Below are positions 17,850 through 24,866 of a stretch of DNA of 24,866 nucleotides, piece by piece. This DNA comes from a virus (lineage: Duplodnaviria > Caudoviricetes), in the IMG/VR virus record IMGVR_UViG_3300005912_000050, positions 1 through 24,866 of that record. The stretch is one strand, 5' to 3'. The first letter of the stretch is position 1. Every line of letters starts with the position of its first letter. Under the pieces are notes generated by a model. It searched no databases. It saw nothing but the letters and a program-made list of their open reading frames with translations, and was not told the origin of the DNA. A program made the position numbers and the translations under genes.

Positions 17850-18101
17850 GGCATGGCCCTTGGTTCATTTAATGCAACGATTGTAGACGCGGCTGGGGAC
17901 GTTGTGCCGGGCGCTGAAGTTGAGGTCCGGCGCGCGTCAGATGGCGCGCTGGCGACTCTGTTTTCTGATGTATCGCGCACCGCAATTACAAACCCGTTTA
18001 ACGCTGACGCGACTACTGCGTTTGTCCAATTCTTTGCAGAGCGGGACACTTACACCGTGGCAGCGTCAACGGGGTCGGGGACCGTCACTTGGACTGTGGA
18101 C
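17811..18101 (+). repeat. 291-bp imperfect direct repeat, copy 2
   Basis: Counterpart of 16613-16903. Confidence 0.93.
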
Positions 18102-19910
18102 ATTACGCCGTCCAATGACGGGGCAACATACGCACCAACGCGGGCCGAGGCGCTGCTGCTGAATGTGCCAGATGCTCAGGATATTCTATTTGTTCGTAGC
18201 GGTGTTGGGTTGCTGGCGTACAAGCGCGACGCTTCAAGCTCGGCGCTAACCACAGCAGACGGGCAAAGATGGGCGCCTGACGGTGACGTGTACCCCGATC
18301 ACTGGGCGGCGAACACAACCCCCGGCACGACAGACATGCAAGCAGCGCTTGTGGGCTCTGTGGCTTACTGCTTTATTGCAGGCCGGTCCTTGCGCGGCGG
18401 TGGTCAATACTTGGCCACGGGAAACGTGCCGAACCTGTGGGATGTTACAACTAACGGGACGTGGAGCATCCTTCAAGATGGCTCCACGTGGCACGCAAAC
18501 CCTAAAGGCAACTCACAACTGGTTGTGATTTACTGCACTAACGATGGAAGCGCGCAAGCGGACGGGAGAACAGCAGCACAAGGCACCACGTTTGGATCCG
18601 CATGGGCGCGCATGCTTGCACTGGGTAGCAAGTCGGCGGATGGGCGCTGGAGAATTCAAATGGAGGCCGGAACATTTACCGATGCGGGGATTGTGATCAG
18701 CAAGGTGCCGTACTTCAGGTATCCACTTGAGGTTTTCGGTCGTTCTGCCGGGGGGCTGGGCGCGGTGCCTGAAACTGTTTGGAGCGGGACAGGCAACGCA
18801 ACCTACGCGGCAATGCGCGGCGGTCTCAGCAATTCTGAAAACGGGTTTCTAAACATAGGTTTTCAGAGCATCAAATTTGCCAATTGGTCGCAAAATGGGA
18901 TTGTTTATTGGTACGGCGGAAATGTGACGTGTAGGAACCTTCACGCAGCGAATACGCCATACCCCTTCGATTTTCGAGGGCTTCGCCTGGATATAAAGGG
19001 CGGGATTATTGACGGAGCAACAGGTGGCATTCGCTCTTACTACGGATGCAACTCCAACATTGGCGGGTTTGGGGCTAACGAGCGCATCACGTTTAACAAC
19101 TGTGAGGTGCCTTGGTCTGTCTCGCGCGGTGGGATTGCATACGTAGAAAATTGCTTGCACACCGGAACAATGACCCATAACGGCGCGGTCAGTCAATCGG
19201 CGAGGATAAGAACGCAGGGGAACACGTTTCGGGCGTCAACGTCTGAAATCATCCTCGTAGAAAACGGCATCTGGGATCAGGCGAAAGACGACGCATCGGC
19301 TGACGTTTTCCCAACTTTAACAGAAACTATGAGTGCTTACACTGCTCGCGGAACGGCATCCATTCAAGGGCTATCCGTCTTGGGCAGCAGGTTCATGCAC
19401 GTCAGGTCAGGCAGAACGGGTGGGACTAATCAGTTCACTGTGGACACTGTGGGTGGCGTCGCGTCCCTCCTGTCCGATGGATCGCTTGGCGGCGCGGACT
19501 GGGTGCCGTTTCGTCTGCCTAAATTCACACTGTTCAGCCCGACTTTTATTCTCGAGGTTGACGCGGAATTTACACTGGCAGAAGCACACTCGGGCGGGGT
19601 TTTTACTCTCCACGGTAACGGCGCGCCGAGCGCCGCCAATCTACTAGGCGTTGTAAACATTCCGTCTGTAGCAGGGTTCACACGCGGGACTATAAAGCTG
19701 CGCGTGATAAATGATCCGGGCGTTTCAGCAGGTTCTTACGAAGGGGTCTGGACCGCTGCGGGGGGCCTTAGCACTGGCTCAACTGCCAACTTGGCATCTA
19801 CTTCATTGCGGGATAATGACGCGTCGGGGTATCTTTTCAGACTGTACTGGACGCCTGCCTCAGCAGGTGACGCGGTGTTTTCAAACCTAATTACATACGT
19901 GACATTGTAG
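17853..19910 (+). CDS. Tailspike/receptor-binding protein 2, probable right-handed beta-helix depolymerase
   Basis: Same N-terminal anchor as RBP1; TPGTTDMQAAL tailspike neck motif; Gly/Asn-rich beta-helix-like central region; beta-sandwich-like C-terminus. Confidence 0.8.
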   Translation: MALGSFNATIVDAAGDVVPGAEVEVRRASDGALATLFSDVSRTAITNPFNADATTAFVQFFAERDTYTVAASTGSGTVTWTVDITPSNDGATYAPTRAEALLLNVPDAQDILFVRSGVGLLAYKRDASSSALTTADGQRWAPDGDVYPDHWAANTTPGTTDMQAALVGSVAYCFIAGRSLRGGGQYLATGNVPNLWDVTTNGTWSILQDGSTWHANPKGNSQLVVIYCTNDGSAQADGRTAAQGTTFGSAWARMLALGSKSADGRWRIQMEAGTFTDAGIVISKVPYFRYPLEVFGRSAGGLGAVPETVWSGTGNATYAAMRGGLSNSENGFLNIGFQSIKFANWSQNGIVYWYGGNVTCRNLHAANTPYPFDFRGLRLDIKGGIIDGATGGIRSYYGCNSNIGGFGANERITFNNCEVPWSVSRGGIAYVENCLHTGTMTHNGAVSQSARIRTQGNTFRASTSEIILVENGIWDQAKDDASADVFPTLTETMSAYTARGTASIQGLSVLGSRFMHVRSGRTGGTNQFTVDTVGGVASLLSDGSLGGADWVPFRLPKFTLFSPTFILEVDAEFTLAEAHSGGVFTLHGNGAPSAANLLGVVNIPSVAGFTRGTIKLRVINDPGVSAGSYEGVWTAAGGLSTGSTANLASTSLRDNDASGYLFRLYWTPASAGDAVFSNLITYVTL

Positions 19911-19952
19911 GAGGCGCGCAGCACCCTCAACGCCGCCAAAGGAATTTGCTAA

Positions 19953-20282
19953 ATGCCGAGAACTATTGCAGAACAAGTTGCCGAAATTGCAGCCATGGTT
20001 GAGCACATGAATGGTCGCGCGGAGGAGGACCGGCAAGAGCGGAAAGTTGCGCAGGCTGAAACCGAACGGGCGCGGCGTGCCACAAGCGTAGAGCTCAGTG
20101 ACATTCGGCACGGGCAAGCTGATGTTCTGCGGCGGCTGGATAATATCGAGCCTGTCACGGATCTGGTCACGTCAGTGCATGCACGAATAACCGGAGGGCT
20201 TATGCTGCTGGGCGTGCTGGGCGCGATTGCATGGGGGGGCGTCTTATTTTTCAAGGAAACAATCGTGGAGTGGTTTACTTGA
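19953..20282 (+). CDS. Membrane protein upstream of the endolysin (holin/antiholin candidate)
   Basis: Charged coiled-coil N-terminus and a single C-terminal TM segment (GGLMLLGVLGAIAWGGVLFF); AAGGA RBS. Confidence 0.6.
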   Translation: MPRTIAEQVAEIAAMVEHMNGRAEEDRQERKVAQAETERARRATSVELSDIRHGQADVLRRLDNIEPVTDLVTSVHARITGGLMLLGVLGAIAWGGVLFFKETIVEWFT

Positions 20283-20328
20283 AGGTGTACGACAAAGACA
20301 CCAAAACGATTTTGAGAGGAATGGATAA

Positions 20329-20922
20329 ATGACCTACCAGCCAGATAGCCGCGTGCAGTACATCGTGCAGCACTACAGTGCCACACCAATCGAGAGCGAC
20401 TTCACCGCTGCTGACATTGACCGAATGCACCGTGCGCGTAGTTTCCGTGAGATCGGCTACCACTACTTCATCCGAAAGAATGGTATGGTTGAGACTGGTC
20501 GCGATATGTCACAACCCGGCAAGTTTGAAGTGGGGGCGCATTGCAGGGGGTCCAACTCAAACTCAATCGGTATTTGTGTTGAGGGTGGCGTGACCCGTGC
20601 CGCCATAAACGTGGGTGTTGACAACAGAACGCCAGCGCAAATTGATGCACAGATCAAGCTGATACGGGAATTGCTGGTGCGCTTTCCTAACGCAGAAGTC
20701 GTGGGGCATAAGGACATGCCCGAAGCGGCAACGCAGTGCCCCGGCTATGACGCAGCCGCATGGTGGGCCTCTGTAGTCGCGTCCGTTGCTGTGCGGAAGC
20801 CTAGCAAAAGTGAACCACAAAACGCCAAAAGTGAACCACAAAACGCCAAAAGTGAGCCACAAGGTTGGTTCGCGCGGATCCTTGAATTACTGGCATCCCT
20901 TATTAAAGGAAGCCGAACATGA
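20329..20922 (+). CDS. Endolysin, N-acetylmuramoyl-L-alanine amidase (T7 lysozyme-like)
   Basis: IVQHYSAT, IDRMH, IGYHYFI, GAHC.G.N.NSIGICVEGG, GHKD, TQCPG (Zn ligands His/His/Cys). Confidence 0.95.
   Translation: MTYQPDSRVQYIVQHYSATPIESDFTAADIDRMHRARSFREIGYHYFIRKNGMVETGRDMSQPGKFEVGAHCRGSNSNSIGICVEGGVTRAAINVGVDNRTPAQIDAQIKLIRELLVRFPNAEVVGHKDMPEAATQCPGYDAAAWWASVVASVAVRKPSKSEPQNAKSEPQNAKSEPQGWFARILELLASLIKGSRT
20805..20862 (+). repeat. 21-bp in-frame tandem repeat, ~2.8 copies (KSEPQNA)
   Basis: CAAAAGTGAACCACAAAACGC twice, then CAAAAGTGAGCCACAA. Confidence 0.92.
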
Positions 20923-21101
20923 TGAACTTCGGACCTTTCGCACGTATCATCCTGCGCTACGGCATCGGCTATCTGGCAGGCTCACAGGTTGGCGAGACGC
21001 TGGCAATGGACCCTGACGCTGTGCTGGTGCTGTCTCTGGGCATGGGCGCAGCGGTCGAGGGCGTCTATGCGATGGCCAAGCGGCGCGGGTGGGCAACGTG
21101 A
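20919..21101 (+). CDS. Putative small holin
   Basis: 60 aa with two hydrophobic segments and a basic C-terminus (AKRRGW); coupled to the endolysin and spanin genes. Confidence 0.65.
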   Translation: MMNFGPFARIILRYGIGYLAGSQVGETLAMDPDAVLVLSLGMGAAVEGVYAMAKRRGWAT

Positions 21102-21367
21102 TCTGGGGCGCAATCCTATCCAGCCGCCCCGTGCGCTGGATATTAGGGGCCGTGGTGGCTGTCCTTGCCTTTCTGGGCATCATCTTGGCCCAGCGCAGAG
21201 ACGCAGCCGAGGATGCCCTCACAGCAGCGGAAAACGCTGAGGCACAAAACTACATAAACACGCGCAAGGAGATTGACAATGCGGATCTTGGTATTGGTGC
21301 CACTGATGATGGCAGGATTAAACGGCTGCACAACATTGCAGACAGGAAGCGCGGCGGCGGTAGTTGA
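21098..21367 (+). CDS. Putative i-spanin (Rz-like)
   Basis: GTGA overlap; N-terminal TM segment (WILGAVVAVLAFLGIILA) followed by a helical periplasmic part; overlaps a lipoprotein gene. Confidence 0.7.
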   Translation: MIWGAILSSRPVRWILGAVVAVLAFLGIILAQRRDAAEDALTAAENAEAQNYINTRKEIDNADLGIGATDDGRIKRLHNIADRKRGGGS

Positions 21368-21479
21368 CGCCAGCGCGCCGTTTGTTGGGCCGTGCGCTGG
21401 TGCACTGGCTGGCGAAAGTATGCCCGCCGCCCGTGGAAAGTGCCTGCCACTATTGGTTATCTTGGATGGCGCGATATGA
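21279..21479 (+). CDS. Putative o-spanin lipoprotein (Rz1-like)
   Basis: AAGGAG RBS at 21266-21271; signal peptide MRILVLVPLMMAG and lipobox LNG-C; overlaps the 3' end of the i-spanin in another frame. Confidence 0.72.
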   Translation: MRILVLVPLMMAGLNGCTTLQTGSAAAVVDASAPFVGPCAGALAGESMPAARGKCLPLLVILDGAI

Positions 21480-21772
21480 CCGAACCCCTGCGCATATCAT
21501 GCCTGCATGAGGCGGCAAACCTGACATCCGGCGATCGAAACGAAACCTACGGCCCGCCTGTCCAAAACATGCAGCATATTGCGGACATATTTAACGCATG
21601 GACAGGGCGAGACCTGACCGCGAGGGAAGTGGCACAGCTTCACATAGCAACCAAGCTGGCCAGATCACAGACAAGCCCAACGCACAGGGACAGCTATGTT
21701 GACGCAATGGCCTATCGAGGCATAGAGTATGAATGTGCCGTTGAAGAATTTACACAGGAGCCGACACCATGA
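21476..21772 (+). CDS. DUF6378-like protein
   Basis: GDRNETYGPPVQNMQHIA...KLAR...HRDSYVDAMAY pattern; ATGA overlaps at both ends. Confidence 0.8.
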   Translation: MTEPLRISCLHEAANLTSGDRNETYGPPVQNMQHIADIFNAWTGRDLTAREVAQLHIATKLARSQTSPTHRDSYVDAMAYRGIEYECAVEEFTQEPTP

Positions 21773-22059
21773 AAAACCTTATCGCAGTCCTTGCTGTTGC
21801 AGCGTTCGCCACCCCTGCCCTTGCTTCTGAAAATTGCGCGCTCCGGCCTGTTGTGCTCGAGCACCTCGCTAGCAAATACAGCGAATCCATTAGGAGTATT
21901 GGGCTCATGGAAAACGGTGCCGTGCTGGAGATGTTTGCAAGTGCCACAAGTGGCACATGGACTATGTTAGTAACAAGACCGGACGGCGTAACATGCCTCA
22001 TTGCCAGCGGCGTTTCGTTTGAGGGGTTTTTGCCGCCGCCGGAGGGAATTGACGGATAG
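21769..22059 (+). CDS. Small secreted/periplasmic protein
   Basis: Sec signal peptide ending ALA; two Cys; C..R......L...Y.E...GL...G...E.FAS...GTWT...T.PDG..C pattern that I associate with alphaproteobacterial phage proteins. Confidence 0.75.
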   Translation: MKNLIAVLAVAAFATPALASENCALRPVVLEHLASKYSESIRSIGLMENGAVLEMFASATSGTWTMLVTRPDGVTCLIASGVSFEGFLPPPEGIDG

Positions 22060-22073
22060 CGGGGGCGAAGCCG

Positions 22074-23213
22074 GTGCCAACGCCGCCGATGTCACATGAA
22101 AAGATGCAAGAGGCCATTGACGCTGTGGGCGCCCACGGGTCGCAAAAAGATGCGGCGCAGGCAATCGGCATTCCGCACGGCACATTCCGAGGCCGGTACC
22201 AAGCTGCAAAAAGGGCGGGCTTGCACTTGTCCAGCGGTGCACAGAAGGCCATGAATAATGCGGGGCTAAACGGCGTTGAGGCCAAGGGCGGGTGGATACA
22301 CAATTACGACTCGAAAACGGGCAACAAGACCGGCACAACGCGGTGGACCGCGCCGGTTGAAACATCGGAGGATGTTCTTGGCCGAATGCGCGAGGCGTTC
22401 GAGGGTATGACGCCACTAGCGCCGGTATTGCGTCCTGAGAGCACAGTTGCAGATCTGTGCAACGTGCTGCCCCTATTCGATGTGCATTGGGGCATGGCCG
22501 CATGGGGTGAAGAAACGGGCGGGCAAGATTATAACCTGACACTTGCGCGTGATGATCTTATGCGAGGCATGGAAAAGGTCTTATCCCGGGCAGCGCACGC
22601 TGACACTTGCGTGCTGTTGCTGGGCGGGGACTTCCTCCACGCTGATGACGACAAGGCGCAGACCCCGGGGAGCAAGCACCCACTCGACGTTTCCGCGCGC
22701 ATGTACAAAGCGCTTGATACCGGGATTGCCATAATCAAGTATGCAGTCACGCGCGCGCTTGAGCATCACGATCGGGTTTTAGTGCGGGTGCTGCGCGGAA
22801 ACCACGACCCCAACTCGCACCGCGCGATTGCGTTCGCTTTGCGCGAATGGCTGGCAAACAACGACAGGGCTCGCATTGACATGACGCCTGCTGAACTGTT
22901 TCAATTCCAATGGGGGCGCACTGCGATATTCGGGCAGCACGGCGATAGAATGACACCCACAATGCTTGCGCTCAAGTTGGCAGACGTTTGCCCATTTTGG
23001 ACCGAATGCAGGCACCGCCATGCCTACACCGGGCACAAGCACAATCTAGCTGCGGCACGGATCGGCGGGCTGAATTGGCAACGGCTGGAGCCTTTCGCGC
23101 CTACTGACGACTATGGTTCATCGTGGGTGAATCGGCGCGGCATGAAGCTCGACACGTACGACAAGCGGGACGGCTGGGTTGGCGGCGCTGGCGACCCGCT
23201 AGAGCGGGATTAG
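22074..23213 (+). CDS. Calcineurin-like metallophosphoesterase with an N-terminal HTH
   Basis: All five motifs present: DVH, GD, GNHD, HG, GHKH; N-terminal GSQKDAAQAIGIPHGTFRGR HTH; GTG start. Confidence 0.88.
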   Translation: MPTPPMSHEKMQEAIDAVGAHGSQKDAAQAIGIPHGTFRGRYQAAKRAGLHLSSGAQKAMNNAGLNGVEAKGGWIHNYDSKTGNKTGTTRWTAPVETSEDVLGRMREAFEGMTPLAPVLRPESTVADLCNVLPLFDVHWGMAAWGEETGGQDYNLTLARDDLMRGMEKVLSRAAHADTCVLLLGGDFLHADDDKAQTPGSKHPLDVSARMYKALDTGIAIIKYAVTRALEHHDRVLVRVLRGNHDPNSHRAIAFALREWLANNDRARIDMTPAELFQFQWGRTAIFGQHGDRMTPTMLALKLADVCPFWTECRHRHAYTGHKHNLAAARIGGLNWQRLEPFAPTDDYGSSWVNRRGMKLDTYDKRDGWVGGAGDPLERD

Positions 23214-23402
23214 CGCCTCTGCCTCCTGTGGCGTGGGGGTTATGGTGATTGTCTCTTGGGCGCCGGGGAATTGCTTTAGACCCTCGCAAAGCTTTGCCGC
23301 GCAGGCATTGCAGATTGGGCCTGTGCTATTGTACCCGCTGGCCTTGTTTACCCATGATATTGATATTGTTTTGTCGGGGTGGTCGCAAAATGAAATAACC
23401 AT
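23199..23402 (-). CDS. Small hypothetical protein (67 aa, Cys/His-containing)
   Basis: AGGAG RBS then ATG 23402; CDH...CNAC; overlaps the convergent gene end by 15 nt. Confidence 0.55.
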   Translation of the reverse strand: MVISFCDHPDKTISISWVNKASGYNSTGPICNACAAKLCEGLKQFPGAQETITITPTPQEAEALIPL

Positions 23403-23430
23403 TATTCTGACTCCTGTGGCGTGGGGGTTA
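23223..23430. repeat. Perfect 20-bp direct repeat pair
   Basis: CTCCTGTGGCGTGGGGGTTA at 23223-23242 and 23411-23430. Confidence 0.92.
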
Positions 23431-23838
23431 AAGCATGTCATGCAGGTGTACTGAAGCCCCGCCAATTGTTGTTAAATCATCCCCATCTTCTGTTGATACG
23501 CTAAGCGGGGTGAGGTCCGTCCATCCGGCTACCCCGTCAATCATTGTGGCAACCATATGCACGGCCACTTGCGGGCTTGCGGCCTCCCTCGATATAAACC
23601 TCAATGCGGCGGCTAAGTCTTTTGCGTCCATCGTTCTATCCTTTCGGGCTATGCGCCCTGTTGCTGTTGCGGCTTTTTCCCAACCCTCCAGCGCCGCGAT
23701 GTGCTCACGCTGGGCGATGATGTGCGCGGCGGCTTCGTCCATAAGTGCCGTTTCGCTCCCCCACGCTATGCCTTCGCCCATGTTAATCATGTTCGACTTC
23801 AATCGAAGGCGGTCAGGTAGTGTTTGTTCCGGTGTCAT
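23428..23838 (-). CDS. Hypothetical protein, possibly two in-frame fused genes
   Basis: GGAG RBS before ATG 23838 (MTPEQ); internal AAAGGA RBS before in-frame ATG 23631 (MDAKD). Confidence 0.6.
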   Translation of the reverse strand: MTPEQTLPDRLRLKSNMINMGEGIAWGSETALMDEAAAHIIAQREHIAALEGWEKAATATGRIARKDRTMDAKDLAAALRFISREAASPQVAVHMVATMIDGVAGWTDLTPLSVSTEDGDDLTTIGGASVHLHDML

Positions 23839-23840
23839 AT

Positions 23841-24041
23841 TCAATCTCCAAATTCGCCGCAGGTGTCGCACTCGATGCCGTTTGCCCAATCCGCCATCAC
23901 ACCCCCGCACGGCTTGGGCCTGTATCCGCGCGGCTGTTCTTCGTCTGGCTCTGGGTATCGTCCGCACGTCTCGCCCTCCTCGCTGCCGATCTCGGTGCGC
24001 TCTTCAAATGGGTTTGCGGTCAGTCGGTCATAGGGGGTCAT
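23841..24041 (-). CDS. Small acidic protein with a putative Zn-binding site
   Basis: ATGA overlap with the upstream gene; four Cys including CDTCG. Confidence 0.65.
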   Translation of the reverse strand: MTPYDRLTANPFEERTEIGSEEGETCGRYPEPDEEQPRGYRPKPCGGVMADWANGIECDTCGEFGD

Positions 24042-24232
24042 ATCAGCCCCTTTTCCAGCGCAAGCCATTCGGGCAGCGTCACAGTGACAATCCCGCCGAT
24101 CCCCGTTTCCTCAATCTCGATCTGTGACAAAGCCAGCCACGCGGCTTCCTCCTTGTTGCCTGTGTGGAACAACACGGCCTTTTCGGTGCGCGCCTCAATG
24201 GCCCCGTCAATGTCGATCACGTTGCTTTTCAT
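24038..24232 (-). CDS. Phage hypothetical protein (64 aa)
   Basis: TEKAVL...WL.LSQIE...VTLPEWLA.EKGL pattern typical of a small phage protein family; AAGGG RBS. Confidence 0.8.
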   Translation of the reverse strand: MKSNVIDIDGAIEARTEKAVLFHTGNKEEAAWLALSQIEIEETGIGGIVTVTLPEWLALEKGLI

Positions 24233-24233
24233 A

Positions 24234-24413
24234 TCAGTGTCCCTTCGGTAATTCTGTGGGCATCGCGCCCCATGTGATCCAAGCCGCGCTAGCGATAAGC
24301 GCCAGCAGGGCTATGCGGCCCGCCCATTCAATCGCAGCATCGCGGCGGGCTTGGCGGCGCCGTGGCTTTACCGGGCGGAGGATGCGCCATAGGGCGGCAA
24401 AAATACGGTTCAT
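24234..24413 (-). CDS. Small membrane protein (59 aa)
   Basis: GGAGG RBS before ATG 24413; basic N-terminus and one TM segment. Confidence 0.65.
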   Translation of the reverse strand: MNRIFAALWRILRPVKPRRRQARRDAAIEWAGRIALLALIASAAWITWGAMPTELPKGH

Positions 24414-24414
24414 G

Positions 24415-24510
24415 TTAGCCTCCAAAGCCAAACGCGATAAAGTTGAGGAGAAACGGCAGGGCCATGATGCAGCCCGCCCCGATAACGTCACCGATAAATG
24501 CGCGGATCAT
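24415..24510 (-). CDS. 31-aa hydrophobic peptide MIRAFIGDVIGAGCIMALPFLLNFIAFGFGG
   Basis: Below the ORF-track cutoff; AAGGAGG RBS and ATGA overlap with the upstream gene; its 3' end supplies the RBS of the next gene. Confidence 0.7.
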   Translation of the reverse strand: MIRAFIGDVIGAGCIMALPFLLNFIAFGFGG

Positions 24511-24848
24511 TGTGCAGCCTCCTTTGTCAGCAGGTTATCAGTCATGGCGCACGACACGCCGCGAAGGGGGGCAACGTATTCCTCTGCAATGCTATGCTCT
24601 GTGGCGTAGTCAACCGCCGATGCAACGCGGGTAAGGTATTCGCGGGTTACGGCTTCCTCTGGGCTGGGGATGGCGGCGATGTAGTCATGGGCTGCGGCGA
24701 TGCAGCCAGAGACAGAATCCGCATAAAAAATCTTGTATTCATTGCCATCGAAATGGAGTGCTTCATCGCTCGCGTCAATATAAATGCTGGTTCTAGAAGA
24801 TCCGATTGTTATTCGCGCCTGTGGGCCTTTGATTGCCTTTTCAGACAT
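24507..24848 (-). CDS. Hypothetical protein (113 aa)
   Basis: GAGG RBS; first gene of the coupled minus-strand cluster visible in the window. Confidence 0.7.
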   Translation of the reverse strand: MSEKAIKGPQARITIGSSRTSIYIDASDEALHFDGNEYKIFYADSVSGCIAAAHDYIAAIPSPEEAVTREYLTRVASAVDYATEHSIAEEYVAPLRGVSCAMTDNLLTKEAAQ

Positions 24849-24866
24849 TTCGGCCTCAAGTGCAGC

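Larger units (their letters stand above)
1..24866. mobile_element. Siphovirus-type phage or prophage segment: packaging, head, tail, lysis and adjacent accessory genes
   Basis: Canonical gene order terS-terL-portal-protease-capsid-connectors-tail tube-TAC-TMP-tail tip-RBP-lysis. No integrase, att site or host genes in the window, so phage versus prophage cannot be decided. Confidence 0.97.

Noticed and set aside
16613-18101. Diversity-generating retroelement TR/VR pair or invertible shufflon
   Set aside because: Mismatches are not adenine-specific and the repeat covers N-termini rather than a C-terminal variable region. The orientation is direct, and no reverse transcriptase or invertase is in the window.
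23435-24609. Long + strand ORFs (23435-24127, 23820-24251, 24124-24609)
   Set aside because: They are antisense to a coupled set of minus-strand genes that have clear RBSs.
1-24866. tRNA, rRNA or structured ncRNA genes
   Set aside because: Intergenic gaps are about 100 nt or less and I saw no cloverleaf or rRNA-like sequence; a covariance-model search was not possible.

Overview
The window is a contiguous piece of a tailed dsDNA phage (siphovirus-type, HK97-fold), probably infecting an alphaproteobacterium (Rhodobacteraceae-like; inferred from the style of the small accessory genes). The + strand carries one long, tightly coupled late region: terminase small and large subunits, portal, SPP1 gp7/Mu F-like head protein, prohead protease, major capsid, putative decoration protein, head-tail connectors, tail tube, tail assembly chaperone with a -1 frameshift, tape measure, tail tip proteins, two receptor-binding proteins sharing a duplicated N-terminus, a lysis cassette, and a DUF6378/secreted/metallophosphoesterase trio. 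It converges at ~23.2 kb on a minus-strand cluster of small hypothetical genes. The most unusual element is an antisense gene (7736-8164) inside the neck operon that fuses a sigma70 region-4 HTH to an RNA polymerase alpha-CTD-like domain and has its own candidate promoter. A + strand ORF spans it and is coupled to both flanking structural genes. A 37-bp TTTGCAA-rich promoter-like element precedes both the protease/capsid genes and the tail tube gene. Three apparent gene insertions are each flanked by a duplicate of the upstream gene's 3' end and translation-start signal. All family calls come from motif recognition and gene order, not database searches.
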